A stretch of 8,501 bases of DNA. It comes from Paraspadella gotoi (Eukaryota; Animalia; Chaetognatha). A model generated the notes under the pieces. It was given only the letters and a program-made list of their open reading frames with translations. It was not told the DNA's origin and searched no databases. The position numbers were made by a program, and so were the translations under genes. The stretch spans positions 5,431-13,931 of the forward strand of contig JBJCIZ010001255.1 of assembly GCA_051294375.1 (NCBI GenBank), written 5' to 3'. Positions 1 to 7,745 of this stretch are shown in pieces; the stretch's first letter is position 1; each line of letters starts with the position of its first letter.

Positions 1-680
1 AGGCGTTGAAGGCAATACATTGCAATGGCGCCAGATGGTGTTGTGCCAAAAACATTATTTGTCATTTTGAGTTTTTTCATTTTTGTCATTGACTCATCAG
101 TCCAAAACCAGAAACGCATGGCATCACGATCACCCTCTTCAATACGGATTTGGTGAAAAAAGTTTTTATATATCAGCAGTCAACACAATTTGGTTTTTAC
201 GAAATCTGTGAGACAGCCAGCCAAATTGTTAGCCAAATCTGGGCCTGAATGGAGTTCTGCATTCACTGATGTACCTCCTGCAGTTGCCTTTGCATCATGG
301 CAGACTCGCACCTTTCCTGGTTTCCCAGGTTTTGTGACAAAAATGAGAGGTAAATTCCATTCAGGAAAACCTTCTGGAACTTCAGCGTCCGAGTCAACAA
401 CTTCTGCAGTTCCATCTTCAAGCCATTGATTGACTTGTTCAAAAACACTTTTTCTCATAGCTTCATTGTTTTGTAGTTTTTGGTCTTAGTCTAGACAAGC
501 GTTTGGCAGCCATGATGGAACTCGCCTGAGCATCCAGTCGTTTGGATGCCTCCTCACGACCCTTTTTTCAAGGTAGAGCAACTTGGAACCGACAATTTAC
601 AATCTGGCAAGACTTTCAAGCACTTCAATGACTTCTTTGTCATTCTGTGACATACCATCTTTTTCTAGTGGATCATCTAG
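1..680 (-). pseudogene. pol: BEL/Pao pol: N-terminal half of reverse transcriptase (frameshifted, inverted)
   Basis: The minus strand reads MSQNDKEVIEVLE...RFQVALPLKK, then track ORF 180..458 (WNLPLIFVTKPGKPGKVRVCHDAKA...VNAELHSGPDLANNL). It continues RFRKNQIVLTADI/(frameshift)KNFFHQIRIEEGDRDAMRFWFW...MTNNVFGTTPSGAIAMYCLQRL to base 1. Contains the first catalytic Asp (ADI). Confidence 0.93.
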
Positions 681-1381
681 GAAATCGTGTTTAAAGAAGC
701 ATTTATTTGCCGGGAAAGAATCTCATTATCAATATTCATAGCGTTACATATGAAATTTTCCGAGCCATCATTTTCCATTGAAGGACCAATTAATGCCCAT
801 CCCCATTTTGTCAAAATTGCAATTGGTTGATTTTTTGATCCACGTCTAATGCCTTATTATCTTGCAATATAAATGAAGATGCTAAGTCAGTTCCAATAAT
901 GACGTCGATCTCCCCATTGCAGTCAATTTCATTTAGATTGACTCCTTTCAAATGATCAAATTTGTCAACTTTCTTTTGGGAAGGAACAGAGGAAGGCCCA
1001 GTTGAGAGAGTACAGCAACCACAGCATCTGGAACCTCTTCACGAATTGTCCATCAAGTGATTCAAGTGATAGGCTCACTTTGTCTCGATCCTCTAACTTG
1101 ACTGAATCAAAGGTGGAGACGTGCATCTTCTCCTTCACCTTTGGACAACCCAAACGATCAACAAGAGCTCTAGAACAGCAGGTCCTGTTACTTCCAGAAT
1201 CAAGAAGTGCATAGACACAAACAGAAACATTTTTGTGTGTTGCCCTTATGGCAACAATTGGACGAAAAGATTTAGATACATCTCCATTGAAGCAGTTTGA
1301 ACGGAAGATGCCGAGGCTAAAGACAAAGGGACAACTTCCTTCACTTCAGTCTCATCAGGTCTCTATGTATTCTCTCTCGTT
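681..1381 (-). pseudogene. pol: BEL/Pao pol: gag-PR linker and aspartic protease (frameshifted, inverted relative to the rest of pol)
   Basis: The minus strand reads SFRPIVAIRATHKNVSVCVYALLDSGSNRTCCSRALVDRLG (ALLDSGS at 1190-1210; the frame continues into track ORF 965..1153). After frameshifts it reads FDHLKGVNLNEIDCNGEIDVIIGTD (~886-960) and PIAILTKWGWALIGP (~782-826), all typical BEL/Pao protease-region motifs. Confidence 0.9.
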
Positions 1382-1844
1382 AGCAAAAGACCACGAGAAA
1401 GAGATTCATCCTTCAACAAAAGAGGCTGTTGAGGACGACTATTATGTAGATGATATGATGGATTNNNNNNNNNNNNNTGAGAGTGCCAAGAGGCTCGTCA
1501 ATGAGATGGACGATCTTCTCAGCAAAGGCAGTTTTGGTCTGTCTAAATGGAAAACAAATAGCAGAGAAGTGGCACTACATATTGGTAAACGAGCTGAATT
1601 GACAGAAGAAATGAAAAATTTTGCTGAGAAAGGGGAAAGCTTTACAGAGAAAACCTTAGGAGTTTCATATGATTATGGTCTTGATGTATTCAAATTTCTT
1701 GTGGGAAATTTAAAGGTGGGAGAAAATCTGGAAACGAGAAGACAGTTACTGTCATTGACTTCATCCATATTCGATCCACTGGGCTTTGCTGCTCCTTTCA
1801 TTTTACCTGCAAAACGAATCATCCAGCGCCTTTTGTATCTCTGA
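1382..1844 (+). pseudogene. pol: BEL/Pao pol: C-terminal half of RT (YVDD) and connection region
   Basis: C-terminal part of track ORF 1233..1844: AKDHEKEIHPSTKEAVEDDYYVDDMMD...KGSFGLSKWKTNS...KTLGVSYD...TRRQLLSLTSSIFDPLGFAAPFILPAKRIIQRL. Confidence 0.95.
1465..1477. other. Gap of 13 N, frame-preserving, just after YVDD
   Basis: A run of 13 N; the reading frame is the same on both sides (YVDDMMD-5 codons-ESAKRLV). Confidence 0.97.
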
Positions 1845-2475
1845 CATGAGGTTGGGATGACAAAATCTCTGATGACAGTTTGAACTCTTTCCAAAAATGG
1901 GCGATCTTCACTCCCTGGTCTTGAGGAAATAACAATTCCTAGATGGACCAAATCCTCTGAGATTGGGTTCCGACCTCGACCCAGTGCACATATTTGCAGA
2001 TGCTTCCCAACATTTCCTATGGAAGCGTTGCTTATCTTCGTTCAGCTAATGATGAAGGTAATTCATGTTGCAATCTTGCTTGCTAAATCAAGAGTAGCCC
2101 CTGTTGAAAAAACAAATATTGGGACAAAAAGAAGACATACCAAGGTTGGAACTTACAGCTGCTGTGTCGCTACTGAGATCTATAGATCTTAAATCAATAG
2201 AATGCGGGAAAAGATCGACAGTGTGCATTTCTGGGTAGATGCTATGTGTGTATTGAAGCCAAATTCGAAACAGGAAAACTCGATTTAAGGCATATTTTCC
2301 AACCGTCCTTTCAAAAATTCATGAGATCACAACAGGAAGAGCAATGAACTATGTGCCTACTTGATGTGAATCCGGCTGATCTCTGTCCAGAGGGATCGAG
2401 TGAGACAAAGATTCATGGAAATTCTTCCACCAAGGCCCTTCCTTTTTGTGGCTTGACCAATCAAACTGGCCATCT
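1845..2475 (+). pseudogene. pol: BEL/Pao pol: RNase H (Pao 'Peptidase_A17'-type region), frameshifted
   Basis: Across frames: WDDKIS...ITIPRW, VHIFADAS (1984-2007), YGSVAYLR (2018-2041), KSRVAP, IPRLELTAA (2137-2163), HFWVDAMCVL, NPADL/SRG (~2369-2395), FFHQGPSFLWLDQSNWP. Confidence 0.93.
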
Positions 2476-2579
2476 GGTGATGGCAAAGAAGTGTTGACCA
2501 TGAAATTGCCGCATCTTGAGTTAATGCCATTCATATAGATTCTTTTGCAAAAAACGAGTTTCTAGAAAAGATTTCAAAA

Positions 2580-3800
2580 AATTGTTCAAGTTGGTCCAAA
2601 CTACTGAATATTTCGAATTTTATTTATAAAACGTCTAACGAAAATATATTATTCTTAAGAGATAGAAATAGCAAAAAATCATGTTGCTGGATCTGAAATG
2701 TCAGTGCTGAAAAGGAATTGGTAAAAATGATCCAATCAGAACCCTTTCATTCACAGAAATCGACTTATTTGTTGACAACCAAGGCTTTTCGTGGATCGCT
2801 TCCAGGCGTGCAGAATTGCGCGTAAAGCTTCAAAAATCCGTGATCTTGATCCATTTGTCGACCAAGAAGGTATGCCTTACGAGTAGGAGGTAGCTCCATA
2901 GAGCAAATGAAAGTTATTCCTGCTCGCCACCCTATCATATTGCCAAAAAACTCGCGTCTTGTTGACTGTCTAATTTTCTATGACTCATAAAAGTATTGGT
3001 CATGCAGGTGCTGAACAGGTGCATGTAGAATTGCGCAAAAATATGAATTCTAAAAGGGCGATCTGCGGTTCAAAAGTTGTCCGCCGTTGTGTTTCCATGT
3101 AAAAAAGGAATGATAAACCAATGGAACCAAGAAATGGCGACCAATTCCATCTGTTCCAGCTGGAACAGGAACCCATTTGAGGCAACTGGTGTAGATTTGT
3201 GGTGGTCGCGCTTTTCAGTTACAAAATTTCCGAAAAAAGTTACCAAAGAAAAAAGTGGTTGTAATTATGTTCACATTTGTCTTAGATATAACGCGACTGT
3301 GCATCTTGAGGTTCGTACGAAGAAGCCTCTACTCCAAGTTTTCCTAAAATGCGCTTCTTGAGATTTCATGTGCCATGGCATCCTAGGCGTCAAATTGATC
3401 TATAAGATGACAAGTGGAACAATATTTTAATTGGCAGCCAGTAAACAGATTAAAGATAGACGTAGCAAACAAACTTCAACAAAACCTTCACCACAAATGC
3501 AACAGAGCAATTGGATCTGAGTGGAGATTTAATCCACCATCACACGTCCCCACACATGGGGAGGTGTGTGGGAAAGACTCAATCAGGATATGAAAAAGAT
3601 TCTCCCACCCCTCGCATTCCTCGATAAAGAAAGTTTATGACAATGAAATAATTTGACACTGCATTGCTCAGGTATGAAAAATGTCAATGAGACAAAACGT
3701 CACGTTCACATAGAGTCTTCAGGACGAACCCTTACGAGCGGATCCCAGGTGGGCATTAGTCGACCGCTACATTCATTCTCTCAATGCCTGGTCCGCACCG
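2580..3800 (+). pseudogene. pol: BEL/Pao pol: pre-integrase region, HHCC zinc finger and DDE integrase core, heavily frameshifted
   Basis: Pre-integrase: CSSWSKLL, AEKELVKMIQ, LDPFVDQEG/RVGG, HPIILPKNS. Zinc finger: HKSIGHAG (from 2986), CVS(+1 nt)CKK (3088-3100). Core: PFEATGVD (~3173-3196), VHLEV, a corrupted Y-D-GT-F motif (~3401-3428), WRFNPP, and WERL (3569-3580). Confidence 0.88.
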
Positions 3801-3849
3801 GCAACTGTATGTTGACACGGTGCCTTCGTTTCCGATGCAAAAGACATTT

Positions 3850-4165
3850 TCTAACAGCATGGTCCAGTCCCAAGCGTCTCGTCAACAGCTTTGGAAGAGG
3901 TGGAACAGGAATATTTGACACACACTCTTCAACAACGGCCAACAAATGGACTCAAAACTCGTCAGAACTTGCGCATGCCGGTGAACCCTTTCCTTAATGC
4001 AATGATGATAAAAACGCAGAGAAATCAGTTGATGCAGATAGCATTTAGTTAGATGGATTATTGTGATGTGATCTTGATTCGTTCGCGTCACACCCGATCT
4101 CGTCACAGCCTCCGGCAAGTCTTTGCGCGAGCCGGTGGACCGAGTTCACGTTTAGTACTATTGAA
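3850..4165 (+). pseudogene. pol: BEL/Pao pol C-terminal domain (DUF5641-like), frameshifted
   Basis: Across frameshifts it reads W...RLVNSF/WKRW/EYLTHTLQQR..KW and later VTASGKSLREPV, matching the conserved FWxRWxxEYL..LQxRxKW...RPV tail of BEL/Pao polyproteins. Confidence 0.75.
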
Positions 4166-4332
4166 TACAAGATAGTGGGTATCGAACGCCGAGATTGAGG
4201 AAACATACTGTGATTTGAATGAGGAGTATTAAATTTAATGCTTACATTTCTAAAATGTTTTTTTTAAATTGTTATTTGATGATTGTAATAGTTTTTTTAA
4301 AACTGCTAATAATGTTGCCCTTATGTGCAAAC

Positions 4333-4345
4333 AGGGCGGGAGGAA
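4333..4345 (+). other. Polypurine tract (plus-strand primer site)
   Basis: AGGGCGGGAGGAA lies ~170 bp after the end of pol and is immediately followed by TGTTGG, the canonical PPT-LTR junction. Confidence 0.88.
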
Positions 4346-4543
4346 TGTTGGAAGATACTCTTTGACATTATGATAATATTTAGTAGTTCTCTTGTTTTCT
4401 CACATTAACCACAGTGCGACAATCAGCCATATTTCTATTATACTTAACTCAATCAAAGCAGGTCGCTGAATCTTTATGTGCTGCCCACAATTGGAAATGA
4501 GTTTGTAAATATTTGTAAAGGAAACAAAAGATCGCACATCACC

Positions 4544-4553
4544 TATATAAAAG
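4544..4553 (+). promoter_or_regulatory. TATA box in the LTR
   Basis: TATATAAAAG contains a perfect TATAWAWR match, ~200 bp into the LTR and on the element's sense strand. Confidence 0.65.
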
Positions 4554-4703
4554 GCAGCTTCACTTGTTGCACTGCACAGAGGTTTGAAGTATCAATCGAT
4601 CTCAGGATCCCCTTAGAGAGGTCATGAGAAGAAAGAGATGTAAGGTACAAAATTGTGTTGGTTCTTTGTCTATTAAAAATGAGAGTTATTTTTTCTTTGA
4701 AGA

Positions 4704-4709
4704 AATAAA
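4704..4709 (+). promoter_or_regulatory. Candidate LTR polyadenylation signal
   Basis: AATAAA 160 bp downstream of the TATA box; the AT-rich context makes a chance match possible. Confidence 0.35.
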
Positions 4710-4991
4710 GCTTATGTCTAATAAGATGTGTTATCTAGCAGATTTTAGTATATGGAATTGAGCTCTTCTGGCATTATCGCTGTCAGCTCGGGCCTATACC
4801 CGTTTCAAGAGATACATAGATACAACGGCAATCCTGCTTTAGAATTGTTAACTCAGTGGCGTTTACCAGGAGCTAGTGCTGCCGAGAGCACTACTTACCG
4901 TGAGGTAACCTTATACGAAAGAGGAACGATGTTGCAAACCGTTTAAAATGGGGAGTTAAGTTAAAGTTGCTCTGAAAGTACCGCAAATGTT

Positions 4992-4997
4992 AATAAA
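4992..4997 (+). promoter_or_regulatory. Alternative LTR polyadenylation signal
   Basis: AATAAA just before the complex sequence gives way to the poly-G run. Confidence 0.35.
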
Positions 4998-5013
4998 ACG
5001 ACATTCGAGATTA

Positions 5014-5031
5014 GGGGGGGGGGGGGGGGGG
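5014..5031. repeat. G18 homopolymer
   Basis: 18 consecutive G. Confidence 0.95.
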
Positions 5032-5204
5032 TGAGAACAACTCAGTTAAATGAAGTAATATATCGACGTTAAATATCTCGTCAAACTAACCGGTCTCGGA
5101 AAGCGTCCGTCTAACTTACGAACAAGTTAAGGAATTTTGTAAAAGATTTGAAGTTACTTAGATAAGTTTTATTCTTTGAAGGTTAAAATAGGGTTAAGGG
5201 ATTG

Positions 5205-5250
5205 AAAAAAAAAAATTAAAAAAAAAAATATTAAAAAAAAAAAAATTAAA
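5205..5250. repeat. Interrupted poly(A) tract
   Basis: Long A runs interrupted by TT/TATT over ~46 bp. Confidence 0.9.
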
Positions 5251-5520
5251 GAGCTTTTGGAAAAAAAGAGCCAAAAAATTTAAGGGGGCGGAGATTATTT
5301 GGAAATCCAAAAGGACACGCTCAACACAGCAACCACATTTTGCCCATAATAAAGAATCGAACCCAAATAAGAAAGAAATTCGCGCCCGAAAGCCAAACAG
5401 TTTTTAATGTCCCAATTTTTATTGTTTCTAAGAGGCGGTCAAAAAATTAAACACGAATGCGGGAGATTTTATCTCGACCATGTATTTCCTCTTTTTCAAA
5501 GTTATAAATAGGAAGTGAAT

Positions 5521-5590
5521 AGAAAAAAGAAAAAAAAAGGAAAAAAGAAAGGAAAAAATGAAAAAGAAAAAGAAAAAGGAAGAAACAAAG
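5521..5590. repeat. A/G-rich low-complexity polypurine tract
   Basis: About 70 bp that is almost exclusively A/G (GAAAAA-like units). Confidence 0.9.
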
Positions 5591-6196
5591 GTTTTGGAGA
5601 ACTAAACCATCCGCTCGAGATTGTATCCTCGAAAGTGGAGAACAAAACGAGTATTTCAAAGTATTGGCGACCGCGTAGACCTGATCATATGTTTCTCCGT
5701 ACGAGCCTCACTCCAAACCTCGCATCTTGCATATTGTTTAATTTAATAAAATTGTCAACTTAGCGCACTGGTCACTGTCCTGTGCGCTCTAACTAATAAC
5801 ACCTCTTGCAAACTCAACGAATAATTACCGATGTACAACATCTGGAGGAATTAATGACCTGAATTTGGTTATTACATTAGTTACTATCATTTTATAGGTC
5901 ATTTCTATCATTTCAACTTTATAACTCTTAGGCCTCCAGCTCGCTAAAGTCGCTAAACAAGCAAACATGGTTCGGATCTGTCTATGATTAATTAAAAACG
6001 TGAATAAGCCAAATCCGATGATAATTCATGGTAACTTTTCTGAACTTTCCAATTTGTGATTTTTAACAAGATCATAACAAATCGTTAAACATACAACAAA
6101 CATAACAGACTTCTTAACATTAAATCTATAAAAAAACAAAAAATCATATAAATCAATAGATCTATTCATCATATACCAGTAAGCTGCGCCAATAAG

Positions 6197-6545
6197 CAAC
6201 TTGCATAATTTAGTTACCATTGCATAGTTATCGGGGGAGTTGCAATTATTTGGTCACTGGCCATAATTGTCAACCTTGGCCCTGAATATTTTTATTAAAC
6301 TGCATAATTTTGTTTAATCTGGCATAAATTATCACTGGCCTAAGTTGGTCAACTGGCAATAATTTGGTCAACTGGGTATATATTTGGTACCAACTGGATA
6401 ATTTGGTCTACTGGCATAATTTGGTCAATCTGGCATAATTTGGCTCAACTGGTATTATTTTCCTCAATAGGCACAAATTTGGTCAACTGGCATAATTTTT
6501 TAATCACTGCATATATTTGGTCAACTTGCAGAATTTGGTCAACTT
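6197..6545. repeat. Degenerate tandem minisatellite, ~18-bp unit GGCATAATTTGGTCAACT, roughly 18-19 copies
   Basis: Head-to-tail copies such as ggcaataatttggtcaact, ggcataatttggtcaatct, ggcataatttggctcaact and ggcacaaatttggtcaact, with no unique spacers. Confidence 0.92.
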
Positions 6546-7103
6546 CCTTTTTTACCACACAATATACAAACAATTTCATTCAAATTATTATCAATCTTTT
6601 AATTTTCAATATAATAATTATGAGTAAAAAATACTTCATTTAAACTCAATTTCCACTTCTCCACGATTCAATGGAAAACTTTAAATCCAACCTCAATACA
6701 CACTTTCCTACCCCCACACAAAATTATTTCATTTCAATCGATCCTCCATCAAATTCACGAATTAATCAAAATTTATCGGCGATATGATTCTTCCTTTCGT
6801 TAACATTTGTAGATTTAAAGGAAAAATTCGTCTACTGAAACTTTAAGCAAAAAATTCAATTCATAAATATTGATTGTTCTGACATGATTTAAAGTGGGGT
6901 GCCCGACAAGGATTTAGGGGGGGACCGACGGACCGACAAGTGGATTATGAAGATGTCGGAAATCTGCTGATAAGGCAGATCTGACTAAAAAACAGAAATT
7001 TTCTTCTCTTCTGTTTTCTTTCTTATTTTTTGTTGTTTTAAACTTTGACGTCAAAACGTCATTTTCCTAAAAATTTGATCTTCGGTTCCTCGCGACAGAG
7101 TTT

Positions 7104-7460
7104 TTGTTGTTGTTGTTGTCGTCGTGTGTTGTTGTTGTCGCAGTGAAAGGTACAAAGTCCCTTGAATGCTTAAATTCAATCTCAATTAACAAAGAACAGC
7201 AAGAACAACGAAAAATAACCAGCAACAAGGAAAAGATCAACAACAAAAACAAACACAGTAAAACAACAATAACACCAGGCAAATAATAACTTGAACATAA
7301 TAACAACATTAACAACAGCAATGACAAAATGCACGCAAAAAACAAAATAAAAAAAAACTCTTGCAACATTAATCGAACAAAACAATAATAATAACAACAA
7401 AAAACATACAAAAATGAAACTTCACAGCCAAACAACAACATTGAGCAACAAAACAAAAAC
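7104..7460. repeat. Degenerate microsatellite: (GTT)n at 7104-7140 and AAC/AAT-rich tract at ~7187-7460
   Basis: ttgttgttgttgttgtcgtcg..., then repeated aacaac/aacaataat units. Confidence 0.88.
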
Positions 7461-7626
7461 GTCACCCTTATCCCGCTGGAATGGCAGAACCCAAGCCGGG
7501 CGTGGGAATGGCGCCGAAGGGTTGGAATACATGAAGAACAATAAGGAGTAATTCCCAGAGAAGGAGAGTTGTCGAGCCGGAAGGAGGAATGGCCAAGTCA
7601 GAAGGCTCGTGGTCATCCGATCGAAA

Positions 7627-7745
7627 GGGCTGTGGGGAATTGTGGGGGTGTGGGCAGGGTGGGAGTGGGGGGTTGTGGACGGTTGTGGGGGAAAGAGAAA
7701 ATTGGAAGAAGAGAGAGAGAGAGAGAGAGGGGAGATATGGAGGGG
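7627..7745 (+). repeat. G-rich low-complexity patch (G-quadruplex-capable) followed by an (AG)10 microsatellite
   Basis: Eight runs of 3 or more G in 7627-7691; (AG)n at 7710-7729. Confidence 0.8.

Larger units (their letters stand above)
1..5003. mobile_element. BEL/Pao LTR retrotransposon, partial (no gag or 5' LTR in the window), frameshifted, internally inverted (1-1381 minus, 1382 onward plus)
   Basis: Manual translation across frameshifts gives the BEL/Pao order PR-RT-RH-IN once 1-1381 is flipped. Motifs: ALLDSGS, TKWGWALIGP, KPGKVRVCHD, GPDL, LTADI, YVDD, IFDPLG, HIFADAS, KSRVAP, IPRLEL, NPADL, GPSFLW, H-x4-H..CxxC, TGVD, WERL, FWKRW. These are followed by a PPT and a TGTT LTR start. 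The 3' boundary is uncertain. Confidence 0.95.
4346..5003 (+). repeat. 3' LTR of the BEL/Pao element (start firm, end uncertain)
   Basis: Starts TGTT directly after the PPT, with an internal TATA box and AATAAA signals at 4704 and 4992. No second LTR is available for comparison. Candidate ends are ACA at 5003 or AACA at 5039. Confidence 0.7.

Noticed and set aside
190-1214. Plus-strand ORFs 190..429 and 1002..1214
   Set aside because: Antisense shadows of the minus-strand RT and protease.
1-1844. Stand-alone RT system (retron, DGR or defence RT)
   Set aside because: The RT lies within a PR-RT-RH-IN polyprotein with a PPT and LTR; its motifs are BEL/Pao-type.
1673-4118. Minus-strand ORFs 1673..1951, 2349..2534, 3000..3185 and 3882..4118
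   Set aside because: Antisense shadows of plus-strand pol with no independent motifs.
4856-4872. TGGCG... primer-binding-site-like motif
   Set aside because: Not directly preceded by an LTR-type CA end, no tRNA 3'-end match that I recognise, and no gag follows.
4752-4946. 64-aa ORF as env or accessory gene
   Set aside because: It lies downstream of the PPT inside the putative LTR, is short, and has no recognisable domain or transmembrane segment.
5077-5185. Faint resemblance to a conserved large-subunit rRNA segment (TAACCG..GTCTC..TAAGG..GATAAG)
   Set aside because: Only short scattered matches to a remembered sequence, needing many gaps and lacking the invariant core; chance is likely. 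An Infernal/BLAST search against LSU rRNA would settle it.
5447-5763. Lys-rich and Phe-rich ORFs on opposite strands
   Set aside because: By-products of the A/G low-complexity tract.
6197-6545. CRISPR array or hexapeptide-repeat (GIIWST) gene
   Set aside because: Units are head-to-tail with no unique spacers, there are no cas genes, and frequent indels break the frame.
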